DNA from: a virus
Taxonomy: Duplodnaviria; Caudoviricetes
Strand: one strand, 5' to 3'
IMG/VR virus record: IMGVR_UViG_3300032295_002394
Span: 1-39,404 of that record
Length of the DNA: 39,404 nucleotides
The number at the start of each line of letters is the position of its first letter. Position 1 is the first letter of the stretch. Position numbers and translations under genes: made by a program. The notes below the pieces were generated by a model. The model had not been told where the DNA came from, did not search any database, and saw only the letters and a program-made list of their open reading frames with translations. Of this stretch, positions 1-9,241 are shown piece after piece.

Positions 1-1265
1 CATTAATACCCGAAGTACCATTTGTTCCGTTAAGTCCTGATGTACCATTGATACCGCTTGAGCCTGACGTTCCGTTAACACCTGATGTTCCGTTAGAACC
101 CGCAGTTCCCGAAGTACCATTAACTCCCGAAGTTCCTGACGTTCCATTTACTCCCGAAGTTCCGTTAATACCACTTGAGCCTGACGTTCCGTTTACTCCT
201 GATGTTCCGTTAGAACCCGCAGTTCCCGAAGTTCCATTAACCCCCGAAGTTCCCGAAGTTCCGTTAATTCCCGAAGTTCCCGAAGTTCCATTGATACCCG
301 AAGTTCCATTAACACCCGAAGTTCCGTTAGAACCCGCAGTTCCCGAAGTTCCGTCTGTTCCCGATGTACCATTAACTCCCGAAGTTCCCGAAGTTCCATT
401 AACCCCCGAAGTACCATTTACACCCGAAGTTCCTGATGAACCCGAAGTTCCGTTAATTCCCGAAGTTCCGTCAGTACCCGAAGTTCCGTTTACTCCCGAT
501 GTACCATTCGTACCATTTATTCCTGATGTACCCGAAGTACCATTTATTCCTGATGTACCATTAACTCCTGATGTACCATTTGAACCATTACTTCCACTTG
601 TTCCGTCAATACCTGACGTTCCTGATGTACCATTAACTCCTGATGTTCCCGCAGTTCCCGATGTTCCATTAACTCCCGAAGTTCCGCTTGTTCCATTAAC
701 TCCCGAAGTTCCGTTAACTCCCGAAGTTCCGTTAGAACCCGCAGTTCCCGAAGTACCGTCAGTACCCGAAGTACCGTCAGTACCCGAAGTACCGTTTACA
801 CCCGAAGTACCACTTGTTCCGTTAACACCCGATGTTCCGTTAGAACCCGCAGTTCCCGATGTTCCGTTAACTCCCGAAGTTCCGTTAGAACCCGCAGTTC
901 CCGATGTTCCGTCAATACCCGATGTACCCGATGTACCATTAATACCCGATGTACCACCTGTCCCTGACGTTCCGTCAATTCCTGATGTACCCGAAGAACC
1001 CGATGTTCCACCGCTTCCTGATGTTCCGTTAACTCCTGATGTTCCTGAACTACCCGTAGTTCCTGATGTACCCCCTGTTCCTGAAGTTCCGTCAATACCT
1101 GAAGTTCCCGATGTACCCGTTGTTCCTGAAGTACCTCCTGTTCCTGACGTTCCGTCAACACCTGAAGTACCACCACTTCCCGAAGTACCACCGCTACCCG
1201 AAGTACCCGTAGTTCCTGAAGTTCCATTTATTCCTGAACTTCCACTTGTTCCGCTTGTTCCTGAT
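1..1265 (-). repeat. 9/18-bp degenerate coding tandem repeats (Gly-Thr-Ser / Gly-X-Asn), collagen segment 3
   Basis: Repeated cccgaagtt / ccgttaact / cctgatgtt units. Confidence 0.9.
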
Positions 1266-3964
1266 GGAGCGGTAAAAGTAGTTTGAATGTAAGAATAATA
1301 AGTAGAACCCTCTGTATAAAATATTATATCGTATGTGCTACCTGTTGTATTTTGTCCAAAAACCTTGACATAAAGTCTATCCGTGCTATTTAATGGTTGT
1401 CCGATTATAAAACAATCAGCATAAACCTGTTGTACTATTGTATTATCTAAAGTAACGGGAACTGTATTTGTTGTTCCCAATAATGTAGATACACCACCAA
1501 CTGTATATTTATAAATTTCATAATAAATATTCCAAGTTGCACTTGTAGTATTCGTTAAGAAATGACCTGTAAAGCCCCAATTTCCTGACGGTATGCTTGT
1601 TACTGACGGCACACCGCTATCGGTAGCAAAAGTATCTATTGTAGCAGTAGCACCTGCGGTTACTGTTGATGTTGCAGTTGTTTGACCTGTGCTTGTAGGA
1701 ATTGGACTTAATTGTTTATAAGTAGGCGTTCCAAAAGCAGAAGATGTATTTAAAGATAGGTTAAAGTAGAAAACTTGTCCACCTGCAATTCCGTCAGTTC
1801 CCGAAGTTCCCGCAGTTCCCGAACTTCCGCTTGTTCCTCCACTACCCGAAGTTCCCGTAGTTCCCGAAGTTCCGTCTGTACCTGAAGTTCCACCCGTACC
1901 ATTTGTTCCGCTTGTCCCTCCACTACCTGAAGTACCCGTAGTTCCTGAAGTTCCGTTTATTCCTGAAGTTCCATCTAAACCTGATGTTCCCGAAGTTCCG
2001 TCTATACCTGACGTTCCGTTACTACCTGCCGTTCCCGAACTACCTGTTGTACCTGATGTTCCGTTTATACCTGATGTACCATTTATACCCGAAGTACCAC
2101 CGCTACCCGCAGTTCCCGATGTTCCGTCAGTTCCCGATGTTCCCCCTGTTCCTGATGTTCCGTCTGCTCCTGATGTTCCTGATGAACCCGAAGTTCCGTT
2201 AACACCCGAAGTTCCGTCAGTTCCCGAAGTTCCGTCAGTTCCCGAAGTTCCGTCAATACCCGATGTTCCACCTGTACCATTTGTACCTGATGTTCCGTTA
2301 CTACCCGCAGTTCCCGAAGTACCGTTAGCACCACTCGTTCCGCTTGTTCCGTTTGTACCTGAAGAACCACTTGTTCCATCAGTTCCCGAAGTTCCGTTAA
2401 TTCCTGATGTTCCGTCAGTTCCCGAAGTTCCGTCAGTTCCATTAGTTCCCGAAGTTCCGTTAATACCTGATGAACCACTTGTTCCGTCAGCACCGCTTGT
2501 TCCACTCGTACCATTTGTTCCTGAAGAACCACTTGTTCCGTCAATACCCGAAGTTCCGTCAGTTCCCGATGTTCCGTCAATACCCGAAGTTCCGCCCGTA
2601 CCATTAGTACCCGAAGTACCATTGCTACCCGCAGTTCCCGAAGTACCATTAACTCCCGAAGTACCATTTGTACCCGAAGAGCCACTTGTTCCATCAACAC
2701 CCGATGTTCCGTTAATTCCCGATGTTCCGTCAATACCGCTTGAACCCGAAGTACCTGTTGTTCCCGAAGAACCATTTGTACCCGAAGTTCCGTCAATACC
2801 TGATGTACCCGATGTACCATTAATACCTGAAGTACCGTCAGTACCCGAAGTACCGTCAGTACCCGATGTACCATTTGAACCTGTTGAACCTGATGACCCT
2901 GATGTCCCCGTAGTACCTGATGTACCCGATGTACTACCTAATGCAACGCCTACTTGATTAGCAACAATTATTACAGACGGGGCTAAAGGAGATATATAAG
3001 GAGTAGTTGTTGCAGGTTTAGCAACTAATCTTGCAGTTGCATCAGCAGAGGCAAAAACAAATTCTACATAGTCGTTTGCTTGTAAATCAAAAATGTAAGA
3101 TACAAAAGGTAAAAATTCAGCATTTTGTCCGATTAATTCTATATAAGAAGCAGTTCTTACTTCATCTACTCCATTAATTCTCGCCCAAATTTTAACTTCG
3201 TCATTACCACCACTATTTTTATCTACTTGTGCTGAATATCCGATTTCATAAATTCCTGCGTATGGAAAAGTAATTCGAGAACTACTCGTAACGGTAATAC
3301 CATTACTTAATTCTGTTGTATTATATGAGATTACAGTAGGCGTATTGCTTCCTGTTACTGTTTGAGTAGTAGTATCTGAAAACGAACCATACCAATTGGC
3401 AATACTTGCTCCCGAAGAACCATTTATACCCGAAGTTCCACCACTACCATTAGTACCTGAACTTCCTGTCGTTCCACTTGTTCCGCCTGTTCCTGATGAG
3501 CCTGAAGTTCCATTAATACCCGAAGTACCATTAATACCCGAAGTACCCGAAGTACCACTAATACCCGAAGTACCATTTATTCCCGAAGTTCCGTTTATTC
3601 CCGAAGTTCCGTTAATTCCTGAAGTTCCATTAGTTCCCGTAGCACCATTTGTTCCCGAAGTTCCATTTGTACCTGAACTTCCTGAACTTCCCGAAGTACC
3701 GTTTAAGCCTGAAGTACCGTCAGCACCCGAAGTACCCGAAGTACCATTAAGACCCGAAGAACCATTAGTTCCCGATGTCCCACTCGACCCCGATGTTCCG
3801 CTTACTCCTGATGTACCGCCATCAACATACTCTGATAATAACTCTATGTTTCCATAGATGTCTTTTACCATAGCCTGATTGCTAATGCCGTCAATAAAGA
3901 CCGCTAAACTGTTACCATCAGGGGATTGTATGTTTGACTTACCCGATTTACTTACACTACCCAT
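1..3964 (-). CDS. Giant collagen-like (Gly-X-Y) fibre/spike protein, >1320 aa, truncated at window start; contains a C1q/BclA-CTD-like domain and a second beta-rich domain
   Basis: Not in the ORF track because no stop occurs in the window. ATG at 3964 gives MGSVSKSGKSNIQSPDGNSLAVFIDG, then GTS/GIN/GSN/GTD triplets. Globular inserts at ~2945-3410 (WYGSFSDTTTQT..SRITFPYAGIYEIGYSAQ..IWARINGVDE) and ~1265-1790 (GGQVFYFNL..IPSGNWGFTGHF..TDRLYVKV). Frame checked at both ends and through both inserts. Confidence 0.9.
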   Translation of the reverse strand, partial: MGSVSKSGKSNIQSPDGNSLAVFIDGISNQAMVKDIYGNIELLSEYVDGGTSGVSGTSGSSGTSGTNGSSGLNGTSGTSGADGTSGLNGTSGSSGSSGTNGTSGTNGATGTNGTSGINGTSGINGTSGINGTSGISGTSGTSGINGTSGINGTSGSSGTGGTSGTTGSSGTNGSGGTSGINGSSGASIANWYGSFSDTTTQTVTGSNTPTVISYNTTELSNGITVTSSSRITFPYAGIYEIGYSAQVDKNSGGNDEVKIWARINGVDEVRTASYIELIGQNAEFLPFVSYIFDLQANDYVEFVFASADATARLVAKPATTTPYISPLAPSVIIVANQVGVALGSTSGTSGTTGTSGSSGSTGSNGTSGTDGTSGTDGTSGINGTSGTSGIDGTSGTNGSSGTTGTSGSSGIDGTSGINGTSGVDGTSGSSGTNGTSGVNGTSGTAGSNGTSGTNGTGGTSGIDGTSGTDGTSGIDGTSGSSGTNGTSGTSGADGTSGSSGINGTSGTNGTDGTSGTDGTSGINGTSGTDGTSGSSGTNGTSGTSGANGTSGTAGSNGTSGTNGTGGTSGIDGTSGTDGTSGTDGTSGVNGTSGSSGTSGADGTSGTGGTSGTDGTSGTAGSGGTSGINGTSGINGTSGTTGSSGTAGSNGTSGIDGTSGTSGLDGTSGINGTSGTTGTSGSGGTSGTNGTGGTSGTDGTSGTTGTSGSGGTSGSSGTAGTSGTDGIAGGQVFYFNLSLNTSSAFGTPTYKQLSPIPTSTGQTTATSTVTAGATATIDTFATDSGVPSVTSIPSGNWGFTGHFLTNTTSATWNIYYEIYKYTVGGVSTLLGTTNTVPVTLDNTIVQQVYADCFIIGQPLNSTDRLYVKVFGQNTTGSTYDIIFYTEGSTYYSYIQTTFTAPSGTSGTSGSSGINGTSGTTGTSGSGGTSGSGGTSGVDGTSGTGGTSGTTGTSGTSGIDGTSGTGGTSGTTGSSGTSGVNGTSGSGGTSGSSGTSGIDGTSGTGGTSGINGTSGTSGIDGTSGTAGSNGTSGVNGTSGTAGSNGTSGVNGTSGTSGVNGTSGTDGTSGTDGTSGTAGSNGTSGVNGTSGVNGTSGTSGVNGTSGTAGTSGVNGTSGTSGIDGTSGSNGSNGTSGVNGTSGINGTSGTSGINGTNGTSGVNGTSGTDGTSGINGTSGSSGTSGVNGTSGVNGTSGTSGVNGTSGTDGTSGTAGSNGTSGVNGTSGINGTSGTSGINGTSGTSGVNGTSGTAGSNGTSGVNGTSGSSGINGTSGVNGTSGTSGVNGTSGTAGSNGTSGVNGTSGSSGINGTSGLNGTNGTSGIN
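1790..2940 (-). repeat. Collagen-like Gly-X-Y repeat segment 2
   Basis: Same 9-bp periodic units, lying between the two globular domains. Confidence 0.9.
3411..3820 (-). repeat. Collagen-like Gly-X-Y repeat segment 1
   Basis: Same periodic units following the N-terminal domain. Confidence 0.9.
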
Positions 3965-3980
3965 ATTTTTATTTTATAAA

Positions 3981-4595
3981 CTACACTATCGTAAGAACTC
4001 CTTTATTATTCCAAATGGAATTTTTAGGCAATCCTTTACTTGATGTAGGTAAATTCGTAATCGAAAGATTTTCGATAAACGTTGTATCGTCCCTATCTGC
4101 AACGATATTAGAACCGATTATATGAGAATTAGTGTGTCCGTCAATATTATTATGTTCTCCTGCCAAAACAGAAGAAAAAGCACCGTTCACGTTATTTGCA
4201 TTTCCGCCACCAACAACACCGAAGTCCGCATCAACCGTATTGCCTTTTCCACCGTTTATTACGGTAAATTTATTTGCAGTAGTGTTTGATTCTCCGCCAT
4301 TAATCACAGAGAATTCTCCTCTGTTGACATTGTATTCTCCACTCAAAATAACACTATTTTTTCCAAGCAAAGAATTATTTCCATTAAAAGGTCTTAAACA
4401 ATTTTCTTCTTCTATTAAATAGAATTCGCTTTTACCTGTTGTTTCTGTATAAGCCTTAATGAAATTAGATAATGGCTCAATATTTCCACTAATATCTTTA
4501 AGCATAACTTCTCCCGTTAAACTGTCAACATAAATTGCCAAACCACCACCGTTAGGTGCTTGTACTGTCGATATTCCTGCTTTTATTATTCCCAT
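3981..4595 (-). CDS. Short fibre/spike protein with beta-solenoid-like SVIxGGxxN repeats
   Basis: ~14-aa repeats (SVILSGEYN, SVINGGESN, TVINGGKGN, GVVGGGNAN, SVLAGEHN); C-terminal LPTS..IWNNKGVLTIV; N-terminus paralogous to that of the collagen protein. Confidence 0.65.
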   Translation of the reverse strand: MGIIKAGISTVQAPNGGGLAIYVDSLTGEVMLKDISGNIEPLSNFIKAYTETTGKSEFYLIEEENCLRPFNGNNSLLGKNSVILSGEYNVNRGEFSVINGGESNTTANKFTVINGGKGNTVDADFGVVGGGNANNVNGAFSSVLAGEHNNIDGHTNSHIIGSNIVADRDDTTFIENLSITNLPTSSKGLPKNSIWNNKGVLTIV

Positions 4596-4597
4596 AA

Positions 4598-4909
4598 TTA
4601 AAATATTTTATCCCAAAATTTAATTAATAAAGTCCAAACCGCACCTAATACAAGGCTACCGCCTATAAGTTTTGATTTGAACCCTTTATCAGTTTCTATG
4701 TAATCTGTATGTTCTTTAACTTGTTGAACTAAACCAATTTGACCATAAGCAGGGTCGCCAACTATGGTTGTGTTTAATTTTGTAGTTGTTTTGTCAATTG
4801 TATCAACCTTATCTTTAAGTTTACCCAAAGCGTCTTTTATCCAAGTAATGTCTTTAGCATTAACCGTTAGGGTTTCTCTTGGTTTACGGGGTGGTGTAAC
4901 TCCTGCCAT
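4598..4909 (-). CDS. Coiled-coil protein with C-terminal TM helix
   Basis: Heptad-like LGKLKDKVDTIDK; TM LIGGSLVLGAVWTLLI. Confidence 0.7.
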   Translation of the reverse strand: MAGVTPPRKPRETLTVNAKDITWIKDALGKLKDKVDTIDKTTTKLNTTIVGDPAYGQIGLVQQVKEHTDYIETDKGFKSKLIGGSLVLGAVWTLLIKFWDKIF

Positions 4910-4920
4910 ACTTTTAAATT

Positions 4921-5316
4921 TTATAGTCCTAATTCTTCCAATTGCTTTGCAAGAAGAATATTTTTTCCGTTTTTATATCCGTTATAAAAAGCCAAGCCAA
5001 CTGTTTCTTTATGTTTCATAATAAAACAATTTACTTCAGAAACTTCACAACCTGCTTCAGTTGCGAAAATTCCTAATGCTTTTTTAAGGAAAGGCGATGC
5101 TAAACCCTCGTAACCGAAAAAGTCCATTCGCTTATCCATTATGTTCAAAAAAGTAACTTGCTCTACGTCTTTAAAATCATTACACATCGTATAAAATACG
5201 TTTGCGTCAACATCATCAGTAACTTTAATTTGAACGTTTTCATTTGACGTACCGTATGCACCTGCATACTTGTTTATGCCCGTCATCATAATTTTTTTTA
5301 CAATACCCTCTACCAT
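4921..5316 (-). CDS. Hypothetical soluble protein
   Basis: 131-aa ORF, first gene after an AT-rich gap containing a promoter box. Confidence 0.75.
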   Translation of the reverse strand: MVEGIVKKIMMTGINKYAGAYGTSNENVQIKVTDDVDANVFYTMCNDFKDVEQVTFLNIMDKRMDFFGYEGLASPFLKKALGIFATEAGCEVSEVNCFIMKHKETVGLAFYNGYKNGKNILLAKQLEELGL

Positions 5317-5344
5317 TGTTGTTAGTTTAAATAGTTTCTTGTGT

Positions 5345-5352
5345 CAAAAATA
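5345..5352 (-). promoter_or_regulatory. Bacteroidota-type -7 promoter box (TAnnTTTG)
   Basis: Minus strand TATTTTTG in an intergenic gap, ~30 bp upstream of the ATG at 5316. Confidence 0.5.
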
Positions 5353-5407
5353 GTAAAATAATATCTTTTTTTATAAGAAAAAACATTTTTTTTAAAATTT
5401 TTATAAT

Positions 5408-5977
5408 TTATTTTTTTGGCTTAATTCCCAAAAGGTCAAATACTTTAGGGTATTTTGCTCTTAATCTTTCGTAAGCATTTCCTAATTTGTAATCTTGTAT
5501 TAAATCTACGCTATAATTAAATTTTTGTTTATCAAATTTCAAAGACGTTGGAATTCCTAAAAACACAACGTTTACTACACCCGAAACAGATATATCAATA
5601 GGCTTTCTATCTACAACATCTTTTATAAAAGGTAATATTAAAACTTTAGAACTTGATAAATTTATTTCTCCATATCCAACAATTTGAAAAGAACTATTCG
5701 GTTGAATTGTAACTTTATTAGTTGATTTTGTCGATGCAAAAGGAGCATCTTTGAAAAATAATTGCAAATCATATCCTGTAACATCAACTTTAAAAGAAGA
5801 TTTATTAGTAATTTCAAAAGTTGCGGAAACTTTCATTACATCTCGCTCTTGGCTAATGATTTTAAAATCTTTAAGTTTATAATCATAATTTAAAGCCAAA
5901 TCAATTTGGTATTTAAAATATCTATACAACCCAAAACCCGCTATGGCAATTCCGCCAAATAATAATACTTTTTTCAT
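5408..5977 (-). CDS. Membrane-anchored LEA_2/WHy-like domain protein
   Basis: Start moved to MKKVLLFGG (ATG 5977); N-terminal TM followed by FEITNKSSFKVDVTGYDLQLFF..VTIQPNS, a LEA14-like beta-sandwich pattern. Confidence 0.65.
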   Translation of the reverse strand: MKKVLLFGGIAIAGFGLYRYFKYQIDLALNYDYKLKDFKIISQERDVMKVSATFEITNKSSFKVDVTGYDLQLFFKDAPFASTKSTNKVTIQPNSSFQIVGYGEINLSSSKVLILPFIKDVVDRKPIDISVSGVVNVVFLGIPTSLKFDKQKFNYSVDLIQDYKLGNAYERLRAKYPKVFDLLGIKPKK

Positions 5978-5978
5978 C

Positions 5979-6524
5979 TTATTCTTTTTTACCAAACATT
6001 GTAACAATTAATACCGCACCCAAAACAACTAACGCTCCAAAAAATATTCTTTGTTTCGCTTGATATTTGCTATCCTCTTCAATTCTTTGCTTATCCATTC
6101 CGCCATAAACATCTGTAATAGATTTTATAGCATCTGCTCTAAATTCGCCTATTTTTGCCCCGCACTTTTTATCTTCAAAAATTTTCATTGATTTCTCTAA
6201 TGAAGCAGTTCTTTGATTTGCACTTTCGTAATCCCTTGTAGCATTAGCGTATGCAATCGAAGCACGAGTCGTTGTCATTCCTGATTGCAAAGCAATACAA
6301 GCATCTCTTTCAGGGTCTTTTCCGCAAGGCGAAGCATCATACTTTTTTTTAGCAGTTTCATATTCAAGTTCAAGCACCTTTAGTTGAGCAGGTGTTATAC
6401 TTGATTTTACAGGATTTCCTTTATTTGCAGTATGATAATCTAAAGAAGATTTTTTCATTGCCAAAACACCTTTATCTGCCTCACAAGAATAAGCCGTACC
6501 TTGAATGGTGTCAAAATCAAACAT
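5979..6524 (-). CDS. C-anchored membrane protein, Cys-helical-hairpin family A
   Basis: Two Cys-bracketed helical units, then KQRIE..KQRIFFGALVVLG TM. Confidence 0.75.
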   Translation of the reverse strand: MFDFDTIQGTAYSCEADKGVLAMKKSSLDYHTANKGNPVKSSITPAQLKVLELEYETAKKKYDASPCGKDPERDACIALQSGMTTTRASIAYANATRDYESANQRTASLEKSMKIFEDKKCGAKIGEFRADAIKSITDVYGGMDKQRIEEDSKYQAKQRIFFGALVVLGAVLIVTMFGKKE

Positions 6525-6526
6525 AA

Positions 6527-6964
6527 TTATTTTTTTAAAACGATATACAATCCGATTAACATTACAACCGCCCCTAATCCTATGTAAAGATTTTGGTCTT
6601 TTTCATTTTTAGGTAAAACCTGTTGCTCTGCTTTTATTGCAAATTTACTTGATTCTACTGCGCCCGTAGTTAGCCTTATATTTTCGATTATATCCCTACA
6701 ACCTTTTGTACCGAACATACTCTCCCAATTACTCTTTTTTGCCTCAAGTGCCTCCAAATAAGCCCTTTGTTGCGTACTTGGTAAAGGACTTAATTTTCTT
6801 TGTTCAAGAATTTTGTCACTTATTCTTTTCAAGTCCTTATCTAAAGAAACACAATTATAAGGCAAAGAACCAAATTCATTTTGAACTTTTTCATAACCTG
6901 ATTCTTGCGCTCTACTCCATTCAGTAGAAGACCCCATTATACCTACTCCGTATGAACTTACCAT
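6527..6964 (-). CDS. C-anchored membrane protein, family A
   Basis: NCVSLD..CRDIIENIR..AIKAEQQV..YIGLGAVVMLIGLYIVLKK matches the 8498 and 9241 C-termini. Confidence 0.75.
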   Translation of the reverse strand: MVSSYGVGIMGSSTEWSRAQESGYEKVQNEFGSLPYNCVSLDKDLKRISDKILEQRKLSPLPSTQQRAYLEALEAKKSNWESMFGTKGCRDIIENIRLTTGAVESSKFAIKAEQQVLPKNEKDQNLYIGLGAVVMLIGLYIVLKK

Positions 6965-6969
6965 AACTC

Positions 6970-7671
6970 TTATTCTTTATAATTAAACGTTTGAATATAA
7001 TTTTTACCTTTTTTATCTGTTATTGATAAATTAATTACGGCAGTCTTTGGCTTCCTTGCTAAATTACCTCCAATAGACGGAGTGTAAAAATAATTTTTAT
7101 CATTTACTATTTCTTGAGAGCCAACAGAATCAATTACTGTTATTTTATATTTCGTAGGAGGTAAATCATCTAAATTACCGCCACATACCGAAAAATAAAC
7201 CGCCCATAAACTTCCATTATCTCCTGCTTTTGGAAAACCCGCATCATATCTCTCTACATTAGTAATTAACAATTTTGGAGGATTACAACTACTTGTATTT
7301 ATATTATTAGGGTTTGCTTGTTGTTGTTGTCTAATATTATAATCTGTACAATCTGTCCCCGACCAAGTCAAACCTAAACCACAATTAACATTTTCCGTAA
7401 CTGCTTGACTTATTTGCGCCTGTTCCTCTTTAGATAGTAATGACCAATCAGAAGTAAACGGGTTTTTATCTTTTGTTTTTATAGTTTGTTGACTATACTC
7501 AAATGGCTTGTCAATAGTGTCTATATTATTACTTTTTAAAGCGTTAGATTGCGCAGTTAAGTCAGCCAATTGCTTATCAGAAGTAGTTGGTTTATTTCTT
7601 CTAAACCAAACAAAGCCAATAATTCCAATTCCTGCTAAAATAACTAAAGCACCTAAATTACTTTTTTTCAT
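6970..7671 (-). CDS. N-anchored membrane protein, paralog of 7674-8087 with an extra Cys-containing beta domain
   Basis: Shared N-terminus ILAGIG.IGF.WF.RNKPTT.DKQLADLT..DKPFEY. Confidence 0.75.
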   Translation of the reverse strand: MKKSNLGALVILAGIGIIGFVWFRRNKPTTSDKQLADLTAQSNALKSNNIDTIDKPFEYSQQTIKTKDKNPFTSDWSLLSKEEQAQISQAVTENVNCGLGLTWSGTDCTDYNIRQQQQANPNNINTSSCNPPKLLITNVERYDAGFPKAGDNGSLWAVYFSVCGGNLDDLPPTKYKITVIDSVGSQEIVNDKNYFYTPSIGGNLARKPKTAVINLSITDKKGKNYIQTFNYKE

Positions 7672-7673
7672 TT

Positions 7674-8087
7674 TTAAATTTTTATATTAGTAAAACCAAT
7701 ATTCCCTAAATTACTAAAATCTACATTTTGCATATTTAGTGCAATTTGATTTGTTCCAATAGCAGACGGGTCAGGAATATTACCTATGCTTTTTTTCAAC
7801 GCTTCTAATTCAGCAGGTGTCATATTTTTATACCAATCTTTTACTTCTTTATCTGAATAAAAACTGTAAGTGTATGGATTTTTACCTGCATTTTGTTTTT
7901 GTTCTTCAGTATATTCAAAAGGCTTGTCTAAATCTCCTGTACTACCTACTTTTAAAGCGGTTGATAGATTAGTCAAGTCAGCCAATTGCTTATCAGCCGT
8001 AGTTGGTTTATTTCTCTTAAACCAAATGAAGCCGATAAGACCAATACCTGCTAATATAATTAAACCACCTAAACTTTCTTTTTTCAT
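7674..8087 (-). CDS. N-anchored membrane protein, paralog of 6970-7671
   Basis: Same N-terminal ~60 aa, divergent C-terminus. Confidence 0.75.
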   Translation of the reverse strand: MKKESLGGLIILAGIGLIGFIWFKRNKPTTADKQLADLTNLSTALKVGSTGDLDKPFEYTEEQKQNAGKNPYTYSFYSDKEVKDWYKNMTPAELEALKKSIGNIPDPSAIGTNQIALNMQNVDFSNLGNIGFTNIKI

Positions 8088-8088
8088 A

Positions 8089-8493
8089 TTAACTATTCCT
8101 TGTAGAGTAAATACTTACCATTCCAATTGCCAAAACAAAAACACCTACCGCAATCAATATTCTTTGGTTTCTTTCTTTTATGCTTTGACTTTCAATTCTT
8201 TCCTTATCCTCTTTTGTTGTAGAACTATAAATGTCTTCTACATTAGTTTGTACATAATTTTTAAAAACCTCATCACAATTATTTTGAGCATATTTTTTTT
8301 TGTAATCATCAACAAAGGTTTGATACCCATAACCTTGATTTTTAGCAAGTATTTCAAGACTTGATTTTAACTTATTTATACATTTGCATTTTTCATAAGC
8401 AGAATATTTCGCAAAATACTTATCGTCCATAACAGGTGTCTTGGTATTATTGCTTATTTCACAAACGTAATTTGGGTGTATTATTTCTGCCAT
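8089..8493 (-). CDS. C-anchored membrane protein, family A
   Basis: Cys-bracketed helices; KERIESQSIKERNQRILIAVGVFVLAIG resembles the 5979 C-terminus. Confidence 0.7.
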   Translation of the reverse strand: MAEIIHPNYVCEISNNTKTPVMDDKYFAKYSAYEKCKCINKLKSSLEILAKNQGYGYQTFVDDYKKKYAQNNCDEVFKNYVQTNVEDIYSSTTKEDKERIESQSIKERNQRILIAVGVFVLAIGMVSIYSTRNS

Positions 8494-8497
8494 AATT

Positions 8498-9241
8498 TTA
8501 TTTTTTAACTACTATGTAAAAACCTGTCAACAAAACCAAAGCCCCTAAAATTATATATGTTTTTTGTTCAGCAAACCCTTTTCCTACAACACTTTCTTCT
8601 GCCTTAATTGAGCCTTTAGATTGTAAATCAACCAAACTTCTTGTTCTTACGGCTTCTATTTTATCCCTACAATTAAATTTATTAAATTTAGTTTCTATAT
8701 CTGCTATTAGTTGTTTTGTAAAATCTATTGAAATTTTATATTGTTCAGACAACCCCATACTTGATATTTTATAATAATCAATTAAAGAACTGTTAGCATT
8801 TTTTATCGCTAAATCTAATTCTACGCAATTATTAGCCCTTAAATCCCCTGATGGAGTATAATACGCTTTCCTAATTCTACTAAAACCGTATAAATGTAAA
8901 TCTTTGTCGTTATTAGGAGCAGAACTTAAATCCAATACGCTTCGGTCAACCAAAGGCTCTGTTACTTCAGTTAACTCTTCAACACCGTAGCATTTTTTTA
9001 TTAACTCTTCGCTTGGAGTTTTCCATTCCGCACCTTGCACATCTCCAACCCTGCCTATTGATTTTCGACAAAGTTTAATTAGTTCTTCGTCATAATTTTT
9101 ATTTTTTACCTCTACACCATTAAGAAAAATTTTTTGAGTTGGCTTTTGTTCAATAACAGGCTTCTTTTTAAGCAATAAATAAGCCATAGCACCTATGCCT
9201 CCAAATATAATTACGTTATTTATTACTTTACCCGCTTCCAT
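8498..9241 (-). CDS. Doubly anchored (N and C TM) membrane protein, family A
   Basis: MEAGKVINNVIIFGGIG start and CRDKIEAVRTRSL..YIVVKK end, nearly identical to 9241-9948. Confidence 0.8.
   Translation of the reverse strand: MEAGKVINNVIIFGGIGAMAYLLLKKKPVIEQKPTQKIFLNGVEVKNKNYDEELIKLCRKSIGRVGDVQGAEWKTPSEELIKKCYGVEELTEVTEPLVDRSVLDLSSAPNNDKDLHLYGFSRIRKAYYTPSGDLRANNCVELDLAIKNANSSLIDYYKISSMGLSEQYKISIDFTKQLIADIETKFNKFNCRDKIEAVRTRSLVDLQSKGSIKAEESVVGKGFAEQKTYIILGALVLLTGFYIVVKK

Noticed and set aside
193-2874. Minus-strand ELRELRV-type ORFs
   Set aside because: Off-frame readings of the same repeat; the Gly-X-Y frame is continuous with a proper start and folded domains.
1-3820. CRISPR array or non-coding satellite
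   Set aside because: The repeats are 9-bp periodic with third-position variation and have no unique spacers, so they are coding.
48-3857. Plus-strand PEVP/PDVP-repeat ORFs (48-1286, 2622-2957, 3396-3857)
   Set aside because: Antisense shadows of the Gly-Thr-Ser collagen codons; they stop where the minus-strand globular domains begin, and every other gene is on the minus strand.
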